Shown here: positions 50,946 to 59,392 of the stretch, piece after piece | How positions within the stretch are numbered: position 1 is the stretch's first letter | How the letters are laid out: each line of letters begins with the position of its first letter | DNA from: Candidatus Omnitrophota bacterium | GTDB lineage: Bacteria; Omnitrophota; Gorgyraeia; Duberdicusellales; 4484-171 | Length of the DNA stretch: 64,000 nucleotides | Direction of reading: 5' to 3' | Assembly: GCA_043815445.1 (NCBI GenBank) | Contig: JBDRIY010000019.1 | Location: 5,368-69,367, forward strand | Notes under the pieces: generated by a model | Seen by the model: only the letters and a program-made list of their open reading frames with translations | Databases searched by the model: none | What the model was told of the DNA's origin: nothing | Translations under genes and position numbers: made by a program

Positions 50946-52217
50946 TTAAAGGTTTTCAATTCTTATCACCTGAGAAGGTATTTTTATTTCTTTAAAACCA
51001 TTAATCTCAGCAATAGCTTTTTCTATATGTTCCTCTTTAGCTTCATGAGTAATCATAATAATGGGAACAATTTTACCCCTTTTTCTCTGTTTTTGGGTAA
51101 CCGAAGCAATACTAATATTAAAAGATCCTAAAACCTTAGAAATTTTTGATAATACTCCAGGGCTATCATGAGCCATAAACCTTATATAATAACGAGTCTT
51201 AATATCTTTTATATTTCCAATAATAATCCCTTCACTTTCTTTTCTTGCTAATCCGGAACTGCCGCAAGCAATATCAACTATATCTGAAATAACCGCCGAA
51301 GAAGTAGGAACCCCCCCTGCTCCTTGTCCATAAAAAAGAAGCTCACCCGCGGGCTGAGTATCAAGATATATAGCGTTATAGGCTAAAGATACCTGCGATA
51401 AAGGATGTTCAACAGGAATCAGAGTTGGGTGCACGCGTAAATCAAGGGTTCGGCCTTTTTTCTTAGCAATTGCTAAAAGCTTAATACTATAGTTCATTTG
51501 AGCCGCATAAATAGTATCTAACAACGATATCCTTGAAATTCCCTGAGTATAAACTTTTTCCAATGAAGGCCATACTCCATAACAAAGATAACTTAAAATA
51601 CATAATTTATGGCAAGAATCTATTCCTTCAATATCTAAATCAGGCTTTTTTTCAGCTATACCCTTTGCCTGAGCTTGGCCAAGAGCAATTTTAAAATCAA
51701 TATTTTCTTTGGCCATTTTATAAAGAATATAGTTTGTTGTTCCATTAAGAATACCGTAAATCTTTTCTACATCACAGCAAATAAGCCCTTGAGATATGCT
51801 TTTTATAATAGGTATCGCCCCGCTAACACTAGCTTCAAAGCCAATATGCCTATCCTCAGATTTTGCCAAAGAAAAAATCTCACGGCCGCAAGATGCAAGA
51901 AGAGCTTTATTAGCTGTTACTACATCTTTACCTTTTTTTAAAGACTCTTTAATCAAAGCGCGGGCAGGCTCAATTCCTCCAATAAGCTCTACAATAATAT
52001 CAATTTGAGGATCATTTATCAATTCATAAGGATTAAGAGTGAAGGGCAGCTTTAATTTATCGGCAATTTTCTTTTTAGATTTATCAGCATCACAAACTTT
52101 TTTTATTTCTATCTTCGAAGATACACGGCGGCTAACTATAGATGAGTACTTTTTAAAAGACTTTATAGTTGCTTCTCCTACCGTTCCCATACCGATTATA
52201 CCTACTTTTTTTATCAT
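50946..52217 (-). CDS. hom: homoserine dehydrogenase with C-terminal ACT domain
   Basis: NAD-binding IGMGTVG, catalytic domain and C-terminal regulatory ACT domain. Confidence 0.9.
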   Translation of the reverse strand: MIKKVGIIGMGTVGEATIKSFKKYSSIVSRRVSSKIEIKKVCDADKSKKKIADKLKLPFTLNPYELINDPQIDIIVELIGGIEPARALIKESLKKGKDVVTANKALLASCGREIFSLAKSEDRHIGFEASVSGAIPIIKSISQGLICCDVEKIYGILNGTTNYILYKMAKENIDFKIALGQAQAKGIAEKKPDLDIEGIDSCHKLCILSYLCYGVWPSLEKVYTQGISRISLLDTIYAAQMNYSIKLLAIAKKKGRTLDLRVHPTLIPVEHPLSQVSLAYNAIYLDTQPAGELLFYGQGAGGVPTSSAVISDIVDIACGSSGLARKESEGIIIGNIKDIKTRYYIRFMAHDSPGVLSKISKVLGSFNISIASVTQKQRKRGKIVPIIMITHEAKEEHIEKAIAEINGFKEIKIPSQVIRIENL

Positions 52218-52567
52218 TGTTTTAAATTCTCCTCAACAAATCGGCCCAGCTTTTTAAAAAATTCCTTATCCAAATCTAAAAATTTAACTCTGGTTTCATA
52301 AATCAAATTCTTGACGATCTCTCTAGAACCAACAACTTCTCCGATAATTTCTATTTTCTGCTCTATAAAAGGAAATCTCATAACTATCACTAACTGATTG
52401 CCTTGGTCAAATTCCCTATTAGTAGTAAGCAGCATTCCGCCGTTGCTAATATTTCTTGTCTGAGTAAGATCACAATCTTCAAGCTTTTTACCAACCCTGT
52501 AGCTAGCCACAAAACTAGCCTTTATTCTCAAATGCCTTCTTTTTTCTTTACCTTCATATTCACCCAT
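52214..52567 (-). CDS. PilZ domain protein (c-di-GMP binding)
   Basis: RRHLRIK (RxxxR) and D-x-S-x-x-G (NISNGGMLL) PilZ signatures. Confidence 0.7.
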   Translation of the reverse strand: MGEYEGKEKRRHLRIKASFVASYRVGKKLEDCDLTQTRNISNGGMLLTTNREFDQGNQLVIVMRFPFIEQKIEIIGEVVGSREIVKNLIYETRVKFLDLDKEFFKKLGRFVEENLKQ

Positions 52568-52702
52568 CCTACCCCCTTTACTAAATTTTCAATACTTGAT
52601 TTTCGATAATCCTTTTATCCAATCCGAAATTTTCTTTCCCTTCTAACAATTAATTTGTGTAGGGGCGGGTCACGACCTGCCCGTTACTATTTATTAATAT
52701 TC

Positions 52703-52721
52703 ATCGGGAGAGTGGGATTCG
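52703..52721. repeat. 19-bp direct repeat of the tRNA-Pro 3' end (att-like scar)
   Basis: atcgggagagtgggattcg at 52703-52721 is identical to 52834-52852, the 3' end of tRNA-Pro including T-loop and acceptor arm; the two copies are 112 bp apart and the sequence after the copy diverges. Confidence 0.7.
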
Positions 52722-52834
52722 TATGCAATCTCCGGTAAAACCGGAGCGTCCGAAGAACTCTTCATTGCATCCGAAGCCTTCTCACCTTGCCAAAAACTAA
52801 ATTAAAAAACTATCACTCTTACTTGAGCTGAATA

Positions 52835-52910
52835 TCGGGAGAGTGGGATTCGAACCCACGGCCCCTTGCACCCCATGCAAGTGCGCTAATCCAAGCTGCG
52901 CCACCTCCCG
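52835..52910 (-). tRNA. tRNA-Pro (anticodon GGG)
   Basis: Reverse complement CGGGAGG...anticodon stem CTTGC/GCAAG with loop ATGGGGT...T-loop GGTTCGAATCC...CCTCCCG-A; no CCA encoded. Confidence 0.85.
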
Positions 52911-52978
52911 GCAGTCAAAAAAACTAATTTATTAAGGAATTCTAACATGGTTTAAGGCAGGTATCAAGCGCGATTTTG

Positions 52979-53425
52979 CTATTCCCCCGCATCCTTATCC
53001 AGCGCGGGTCCTTCTTCATCCTTAATTTCTCTTACCTTACCATCAAAAAAATGCACAAACAAACATTCATCTTCCTCAAAATAATAGCTCCAAACCTCAT
53101 TCTTGCCCTTAGAAAAAATATAATCAGGAGTGCCCCAAATATCCATAACCGTGGTTACAGTAGAGCCTTTTTCAATATCTCCATAAGGAGTACAGATAAT
53201 AGTAGGTTTATCAGCCTTACCTTGAAACTTCTCAAGAAAAGTAGGAATATTTTTTTCTTCTGTTATTTCAGAAAAACAAACCGGCAGAAAAAAAGCTAAA
53301 ATCAAACTCAATAAAAAAATAAACCCCGTTAGAAAATTTAGAAGGGACTTTGAGCCCCTTCCAAATTGTTCTTCTTTTAACTCTCCCCTGAAGGAAAGAG
53401 CCTTTTCTAACAGGGTAAACTTCAT
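52979..53425 (-). CDS. hypothetical membrane-anchored/secreted protein
   Basis: N-terminal hydrophobic anchor LLNFLTGFIFLLSLILAFFLPV; no recognised domain. Confidence 0.4.
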   Translation of the reverse strand: MKFTLLEKALSFRGELKEEQFGRGSKSLLNFLTGFIFLLSLILAFFLPVCFSEITEEKNIPTFLEKFQGKADKPTIICTPYGDIEKGSTVTTVMDIWGTPDYIFSKGKNEVWSYYFEEDECLFVHFFDGKVREIKDEEGPALDKDAGE

Positions 53426-53459
53426 ACTAAAGTAATTATAACAGAAAATTAATTATTAG

Positions 53460-54164
53460 TTAAGCAGGTTTTTGAGGTTGCATTACAAGCAAATGGCCGT
53501 TATCTTTTAGCCATTTTCTGGATTTTTGATAATTAGGATACATTATTTTAACTATATTCCAGAAACTTTTAGAGTGATTTCTTTCTCTTAAGTGGGCAAT
53601 TTCATGCACTACTACATAATCAATAATCTCTAAAGGAGCCATAATCAGCCGCCAGCTAAAGTTTAAATTCCCTCTGCTGCTGCAAGAACCCCAGCGATAT
53701 TGAGCAGAAGTAATATTTATTTTATTATACGAAGCTTCTCCCGCCGAAACATAAAAATTTACCCGTTGTTTTAATTTTTCATAAGCATTTTCGCGGTACC
53801 AACTAGTAAAAAGGCCCTCACGAGAGCCTAAATAATATTTAGACAAAAAAAATCCATTATTTAAGATTAAATTAGGTTTTTTTATCTCGCTTAAGTATAG
53901 TTTATACTTTTGCCCCAAATACAAAAATTCTTCTCCCGGTATAAACTCCTTTTTAACTATAGCTTTATTCTTACGCTCAATTAGCTCTTTCTTTTTTAAA
54001 ATCCAAAATCTTTTTTCAAAAATTACCCTATTAAGGCGGGTTTTACTGACAAAAAAAGGAGCCCGCACTATTAAACAGCCGTCGGGCTTAATTTGTAAAG
54101 CAACGGTCTTGCGGCTAGTTCTGATAATTTTTGCTATTTTTAAGGAATTTTTGCTTGAAAACAT
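53460..54164 (-). CDS. YgjP/DUF45-family (M48-like) zinc metallopeptidase
   Basis: HEIAH zinc motif (VVVHEIAHLRERNH) near the C-terminus; paralog of island ORF 32368..33069. Confidence 0.75.
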   Translation of the reverse strand: MFSSKNSLKIAKIIRTSRKTVALQIKPDGCLIVRAPFFVSKTRLNRVIFEKRFWILKKKELIERKNKAIVKKEFIPGEEFLYLGQKYKLYLSEIKKPNLILNNGFFLSKYYLGSREGLFTSWYRENAYEKLKQRVNFYVSAGEASYNKINITSAQYRWGSCSSRGNLNFSWRLIMAPLEIIDYVVVHEIAHLRERNHSKSFWNIVKIMYPNYQKSRKWLKDNGHLLVMQPQKPA

Positions 54165-54239
54165 ACCTGATTCTATGGTATATTAAAATTATAAAAGGGT
54201 TTGAGGATTCAATTCAACCAAACCAAGGGGGTGAAGAAC

Positions 54240-54329
54240 CCCCTATTTTTTTTAAAAATCACTTAACAATTTTCAATTAGCAATTAACAATTAACAATTT
54301 AAAATGTTAATTGATAATTGCTAAATTAT
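54240..54329. repeat. family Q caattag/caattaa repeat with inverted partner (gpsA leader)
   Basis: cacttaacaattttcaattagcaattaacaattaacaatttaaaatgttaattgataattgctaaatt. Confidence 0.7.
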
Positions 54330-55337
54330 CTATGTAATTCTTTCCGCTTTCAGAGGCCTTGTCATCAAATCTGCTACAGCTTTCTTGGGAGATTTATCTT
54401 TATAAAGAACGTTATAAACTTCTCTTGTGATGGGCATATCTATATTTAGTTTTTTACTTAAAAGATAAGCTGATTTTATGGTTTCAACCCCCTCCGCCAC
54501 CATCTTCATTTTACTTATAATTTCAGTTAACTTCTTGCCTTTGCCTATCTGTTCTCCTACCGACCTATTGCGCGAATATGGAGAAAAACAAGTCGTCACT
54601 AAGTCTCCTAAGCCGCTTATCCCCCAAAAAGTTGAAGAAACCGCCCCTAATTTTTTTCCTAAGCGGGTAATTTCCGTTAATCCTCTGGTTACTAACGCGG
54701 CTTTAGTATTAGCTCCGAAGCCCAAGCCATCTGAAATACCGCAAGCAATAGCAATTATATTTTTAAGCGCGCCTCCCAGCTCCGTACCCGTGATATCACC
54801 GCATAAATAAACTCTGAATACAGGATTAGTGAATAATACCTGTAGTTTTTCGCCGAAATTCTTATTTGAACAAGCTAAAATGGCGGCGGAAGGTACACCT
54901 GCTAATACTTCTTTAGCGATATTAGGGCCGGATAGAACAGCGATTGCCGGAGCACTTAACTCTTCTTTTATTATTTGAGACACTCTTTTTAAAGATTTAG
55001 CTTCTATGCCTTTGCTTATACTGACAATAATCTTGTTTTTAAAAGAGATCTTTTGCGCTTTAATTTTTTTTAATGAACTTCGGAGATATTTAACGGGAAT
55101 CGCGATTATTATTACTTCATTTTTTAGCGTTTCTTTTAGGCAAGGATTTACAGATAAAGTAGAAGGAAATTTCGCGCCTTTTAAAAAAAGACGATTTTGC
55201 CTCTCCTTTCGCATTTGGAGGTTATGTTCGGCGAACATACTGTGGAGTTCTACGGCTATGCCTTTTTTAGAAAGAACAATCGCTAAAGTAGTCCCCCAAC
55301 TCCCCGCGCCGATTATAGAGATTTTTTCTCTCACCAT
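54330..55337 (-). CDS. gpsA: NAD(P)H-dependent glycerol-3-phosphate dehydrogenase
   Basis: N-terminal Rossmann KISIIGAGSWGTTLA and GpsA catalytic-domain motifs. Confidence 0.9.
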   Translation of the reverse strand: MVREKISIIGAGSWGTTLAIVLSKKGIAVELHSMFAEHNLQMRKERQNRLFLKGAKFPSTLSVNPCLKETLKNEVIIIAIPVKYLRSSLKKIKAQKISFKNKIIVSISKGIEAKSLKRVSQIIKEELSAPAIAVLSGPNIAKEVLAGVPSAAILACSNKNFGEKLQVLFTNPVFRVYLCGDITGTELGGALKNIIAIACGISDGLGFGANTKAALVTRGLTEITRLGKKLGAVSSTFWGISGLGDLVTTCFSPYSRNRSVGEQIGKGKKLTEIISKMKMVAEGVETIKSAYLLSKKLNIDMPITREVYNVLYKDKSPKKAVADLMTRPLKAERIT

Positions 55338-55409
55338 ATTATACTGAGTATTTCTTCTCTATCCTCCTAAAACAAACTGCGAACTACAAACAACAAACTA
55401 CAATTTAAA

Positions 55410-55480
55410 AGCGGGCGATCGGGATCGAACCGACATAACAGGCTTGGAAGGCCTATATTCTACCATTGAACTACGCCCGC
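55410..55480 (-). tRNA. tRNA-Gly (anticodon TCC)
   Basis: Reverse complement GCGGGCG-TA-GTTC-AATGGTA-GAAT-A-TAGGC-CTTCCAA-GCCTG-TTAT-GTCGG-TTCGATC-CCGAT-CGCCCGC-T. Confidence 0.85.
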
Positions 55481-55535
55481 AATTTTATTTTTAGTTAAAA
55501 ACTACAACATTCTTCAGCTGAATTTTTACAAAGAA

Positions 55536-56354
55536 TTATACCGAATCTTCTATAGGCCTGACTGTAACCAATACTACATTCTCTTCTTTTGAATACTTAC
55601 TCATTTCGTACTTTCCAGTATCTTTAAGCTCTTCGGCCACCTGCTGTATTTTATCTTTATTGTCTTCCCCTATCCCGTGTATATTGATGAATTTACTACC
55701 ATATCTTTTACGTTTTTCTATCTCCAATTTTATATCATCTACTGACATGCGATAATTCACAAAAATCGTGAAAGGTAGCTCGTTAACTATTAGCTCATAA
55801 GCTACTCTAAATTTCTCCGTTGCTAAATTGACATCCTTGTGAAATTGCTTAAAGGCGTTATACAAAGGAATTAGAAAATCTTTTACATAATTTTCAGAAC
55901 ATAAATTTGCTATATTTCTACCTTTCTCTCCATATTTCTGCATAATCTCATATTTAAGCTTTTTAACTTCCTCTCGCCTACCAGTGTTATGCTTGCTCCT
56001 TAAATATAAAGCTGCTCTCCAAATATTTATCTCTTCTGCTGATATTTTAGGCCTTAAAAAGGCTAATATTTCTTTAGCTTCTACAGAACCGCTCTCTTTT
56101 TTAAAATCCTCTGCTTTTAATTTAGTATCTTCAGTAAGCAAAGTATAGTTTTCTTTTAAGGCCAAAGGAAGTATTTCTTTTAATCCTTGCTCTTCTTCTT
56201 TGCTTAAACTATTTAGATTAACTATAGTTTTCGAAGAATCATTATGTATAATCTTCTTACTATTATCTAGCTTTCCAATATGTATTAAGGATATATGTTC
56301 GGGGAGTTTAATATTGATGGGGAAGATTTTCTTTAGAATCTCTAAGAAGGTCAT
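55536..56354 (-). CDS. hypothetical protein (tRNA-flanked islet, gene 2)
   Basis: 272-aa ORF with no recognised motif; lies between tRNA-Gly and tRNA-Tyr together with ORF 56367..56603. Confidence 0.4.
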   Translation of the reverse strand: MTFLEILKKIFPINIKLPEHISLIHIGKLDNSKKIIHNDSSKTIVNLNSLSKEEEQGLKEILPLALKENYTLLTEDTKLKAEDFKKESGSVEAKEILAFLRPKISAEEINIWRAALYLRSKHNTGRREEVKKLKYEIMQKYGEKGRNIANLCSENYVKDFLIPLYNAFKQFHKDVNLATEKFRVAYELIVNELPFTIFVNYRMSVDDIKLEIEKRKRYGSKFINIHGIGEDNKDKIQQVAEELKDTGKYEMSKYSKEENVVLVTVRPIEDSV

Positions 56355-56366
56355 ACATATATAAAT

Positions 56367-56603
56367 TTACTGATTCATGGAATCGACTAATTCTATAATA
56401 GAGTTTATGTCAGATTTAACAAAAACTAAGGAACCTCTCCTTATCCCCGCAAAATGCTCAAATTCTACTGGCTCACCATCAGATCCCGGAATTCTCTCAC
56501 CAGTATCCTTTTCAATGATATAGCCGTCTCTATCCACATCTTTATTGAAAAAATGAAGAATTTCAATCTTCGCTTCTTTACTAAAAGTTATCACTTTTTC
56601 CAT
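56367..56603 (-). CDS. hypothetical small protein (tRNA-flanked islet, gene 1)
   Basis: 78-aa ORF 12 bp upstream of ORF 55536..56354; no recognised motif. Confidence 0.35.
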   Translation of the reverse strand: MEKVITFSKEAKIEILHFFNKDVDRDGYIIEKDTGERIPGSDGEPVEFEHFAGIRRGSLVFVKSDINSIIELVDSMNQ

Positions 56604-56677
56604 AATTTACTCAAATTCCTTAATATTATTTTACCACAAAATGATACATTCAACAGGAACAATTGTCAAGAAAAAAA

Positions 56678-56760
56678 TGGGCAGGGAAGGATTTGAACCT
56701 TCGAAGCGCAAGCGCAACAGATTTACAGTCTGTCCCCTTTGGCCACTTGGGTACCTGCCC
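56678..56760 (-). tRNA. tRNA-Tyr (anticodon GTA)
   Basis: Reverse complement GGGCAGG...anticodon stem CAGA/TCTG with loop CTGTAAA, long variable arm (bacterial Tyr type), T-loop GGTTCAAATCC; discriminator A. Confidence 0.85.
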
Positions 56761-56785
56761 ATATTTCAATTTTATATTATAAAAA

Positions 56786-56858
56786 AGCCGGCGAGAGGGA
56801 TCGAACCCCCGACAACAGGTTTACAAAACCCGTGCTCTACCAACTGAGCTACGCCGGC
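56786..56858 (-). tRNA. tRNA-Thr (anticodon TGT)
   Basis: Reverse complement GCCGGCG-TA-GCTC-AGTTGGTA-GAGC-A-CGGGT-TTTGTAA-ACCTG-TTGTC-GGGGG-TTCGATC-CCTCT-CGCCGGC-T. Confidence 0.85.
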
Positions 56859-56859
56859 A

Positions 56860-57717
56860 TTATTTACTTTTCTTTATTGCCTCAGGCAAGTATTCAATTA
56901 CGTCTGAAGCGATAAGACAATTTTGAGTTTTATCCTTTACGGCTAAATCAGCAGATAGCCCGTGTAAATAAACTCCGAATTTCGCGGCCTCAAAACAACT
57001 TAACCCCTGAGAAACTAAACCGGAAATCATTCCTGCTAAAACGTCTCCTGTGCCGGCTGTTGCCATACCTGGATTCCCGGTTGTATTTTTATAGAGCTTT
57101 TTACCGTCACTTACCAAAGTGTGCCAACCCTTAAGGACAAGAGTTAGATTATATCTGAGAGCAAACTTTTTGACAAGTTCTTTTCTTCTCTTTCCAATCT
57201 CGCTCTTGTCTATTTTTATCAGCCGGGAAAATTCGCCCGGATGCGGAGTTAAGATAAGCTTACTTGTCTTTCTTTTATTTAAAATATCTATATTTGAAGC
57301 CAAAGCGGTTATTCCATCAGCATCAACTATTATAGGCTTATCTATTTCTTTTATTATCTTAATAGCTAAATTTTGAGTACCAAGTTTAAGCCCCGCCCCC
57401 GGCCCTAAAACAATAACATCAATTTTATCTAAAATATCAATAACCTTCTCGAAAGCCCCTAAAGCAAGGCTGTCTTCAGCTTCTTCCAAAGGTAAACTCA
57501 TCACTTCAGTAAGCTTAATTTCAAGAATACTATTTAAGCTTCGAGGTACTCCCGCTGTTACCAGCCCTGCTCCTATCCTTAAACCTGCTTTAGCCGCGAG
57601 GCATACCGCTCCGGTTAAGCCTGGTGAGCCTCCTAAAACTAAAATATGTCCGTAATCCCCTTTATGGGTATCAGATTTTCTTTTGAGCAACCGCGCAGGC
57701 AACCGCATAATCTTCAA
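56860..57717 (-). CDS. ADP-dependent NAD(P)H-hydrate dehydratase (YjeF C-terminal/Nnr family)
   Basis: GDYGHILVLGGSPGLTGAVCLAAKAGLRIGAG and C-terminal GNPGMATAGTGDVLAG motifs. Confidence 0.85.
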   Translation of the reverse strand: MKIMRLPARLLKRKSDTHKGDYGHILVLGGSPGLTGAVCLAAKAGLRIGAGLVTAGVPRSLNSILEIKLTEVMSLPLEEAEDSLALGAFEKVIDILDKIDVIVLGPGAGLKLGTQNLAIKIIKEIDKPIIVDADGITALASNIDILNKRKTSKLILTPHPGEFSRLIKIDKSEIGKRRKELVKKFALRYNLTLVLKGWHTLVSDGKKLYKNTTGNPGMATAGTGDVLAGMISGLVSQGLSCFEAAKFGVYLHGLSADLAVKDKTQNCLIASDVIEYLPEAIKKSK

Positions 57718-58024
57718 TATGAGTTATAGAAAGAAAAATGTCTATATTTATATTTTTTTTGAACTTACAATAAGGCGCGCCATTGGCTTTATTAAGTATT
57801 AAGATATCAGTTAAGGCGAGAGGCTGTTCTTTAGAGATAGCTTTTATTACCGCTTCTTTAGCGGCAAAGCGGGCCGCGATACGCTGATAATACATCTTAG
57901 CCTGAGGAATATTCTTAAGTTCTTCATGATTAAACACACGCTCAAGAAACCTCTCCCCCAATTTCTCTATAGAACTTTTAATCTTTTCTATTTTTATTAT
58001 ATCTATTCCTACACCAATAATCAT
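57671..58024 (-). CDS. acpS: holo-[acyl-carrier-protein] synthase
   Basis: 117 aa; MIIGVGIDIIKIEKI N-terminus and 4'-phosphopantetheinyl transferase fold. Confidence 0.85.
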   Translation of the reverse strand: MIIGVGIDIIKIEKIKSSIEKLGERFLERVFNHEELKNIPQAKMYYQRIAARFAAKEAVIKAISKEQPLALTDILILNKANGAPYCKFKKNINIDIFLSITHIEDYAVACAVAQKKI

Positions 58025-58304
58025 AATTAATTATTTCTAAAATTCCTAATCGGCCTAATTACTCTAATTTCTAACCGTCAGGCCTACTTGGTCAAATTCC
58101 AAAATATAATATATTAAAAATTAAAATTCCAAGCTCCAAGCACCAAATCCCAAATAAATTCCAATAATCAAATTCCAAACAAAGAATTCTTTGTTTCGAT
58201 CATTGGAGCTTTGGTAATTGGAATTTATTTGTCCTTTGGAATTTGTTATTTGGAATTTCATTTCTTTAGGTTAATTAGAGCAATTAGAAGTTATTAATTG
58301 AACC
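58025..58304. repeat. family W palindromic repeat, copy 4 (pdxJ leader)
   Basis: attccaagctccaagcaccaaatcccaaataaattccaataatcaaattccaaac...ggtaattggaatttatttgtcctttggaatttgttatttggaatttcatttc. Confidence 0.8.
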
Positions 58305-59018
58305 TTATCTTTTAATTAAAGTAATCATTTCTTCCACCGCCGATACTACCCCTATATAGATAGCATGGCAAATTATAGAATGGCCTATATTAAGCTCTTC
58401 TATTCCTTTTATCCGGGCTATTTTTCGCGTGTTATCATAATCAAGCCCATGCCCGGCAGCAGTAAGAAAACCTATTTTTTGAGCAAACCTTACCGCCTCT
58501 TTTATCTTTATAATTTCCTTTTCTTCTGATGCCGGCGTTTTTGCTTCTGAAAACTGCCCGGTATTAATTTCAACAAAATCCGCTCCTATATCTTTAGCCG
58601 CCTTAATTTTTACTTTTATAGGATCAATGAACAAACTTACTTTTATTCCCGCTTTTTTTAATCTTTTTACCGCTTGTTCAACTTTTCTGTAATTTTTCAC
58701 AAGATTAAGCCCGCCTTCAGTAGTAAGCTCCTGTCTTTTTTCAGGAACTAAAGTTGCTTGATAAGGCTTTAATTCCTGAGCAAAAGCGACAATATTCTTA
58801 TTAACAGACATCTCTAAATTTAAAGGAATCTTTATTGCCTTTTTAATAAGAATAACGTCATGCTCTTTTATATGCCTCCTGTCTTCCCTTAAATGAACAA
58901 CTATTGAATCACAGCCCGCGTATTCAGCAAGTAGAGCCCCCATTACCGGCTCGGGATACTTCGTGCCCCGAGCCTCCCGTAAAGTCGCTACATGATCGAC
59001 ATTAACTCCTAATTTCAT
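58305..59018 (-). CDS. pdxJ: pyridoxine 5'-phosphate synthase
   Basis: MKLGVNVDHVATLREARGTKYPEP N-terminus is diagnostic for PdxJ. Confidence 0.9.
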   Translation of the reverse strand: MKLGVNVDHVATLREARGTKYPEPVMGALLAEYAGCDSIVVHLREDRRHIKEHDVILIKKAIKIPLNLEMSVNKNIVAFAQELKPYQATLVPEKRQELTTEGGLNLVKNYRKVEQAVKRLKKAGIKVSLFIDPIKVKIKAAKDIGADFVEINTGQFSEAKTPASEEKEIIKIKEAVRFAQKIGFLTAAGHGLDYDNTRKIARIKGIEELNIGHSIICHAIYIGVVSAVEEMITLIKR

Positions 59019-59084
59019 CTAAATAAATCTCCATCTAAAAAATCTAAAATTCGAATATCGAAATCCGAAACAAACTCCATAATT

Positions 59085-59280
59085 TAAATCAAAGATTAAA
59101 ATGTAAAATGCAAAATGACAAATTAAAATTCAAAAAGAAATTCAAGGCGTTTAAGGAGAAAAATATTTTTACATTTTTATTTGTCATTTTGATATTTAAT
59201 TTTTAATTTTATAATATAGATTTCAATATTCTGATTTATTTATATTCCTATTCCCTTAGTAATTTCTCCGCTAACATAAA
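59085..59280. repeat. family AT palindromic repeat, second copy (cdaA/pdxJ spacer)
   Basis: aaatcaaagattaaaatgtaaaatgcaaaatgacaaattaaaattcaaaaag...catttttatttgtcattttgatatttaatttttaatttt. Confidence 0.65.
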
Positions 59281-59392
59281 ACCATATTACTGCCGCTATA
59301 ATCAGCGAAATGATCTTTAACCAAAAATTATTGGCAACCGCCGCTTTGATATTTATTTTTTTTAAAAACTTTAAATATTTCATCTTAAAAAA

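Noticed and set aside
52723-52833. Possible second (pseudo-)tRNA between the tRNA-Pro repeat copies
   Set aside because: The reverse complement lacks a T-stem partner (no GTGGG) and does not fold into a cloverleaf. It is interpreted as a duplicated 3' fragment only.
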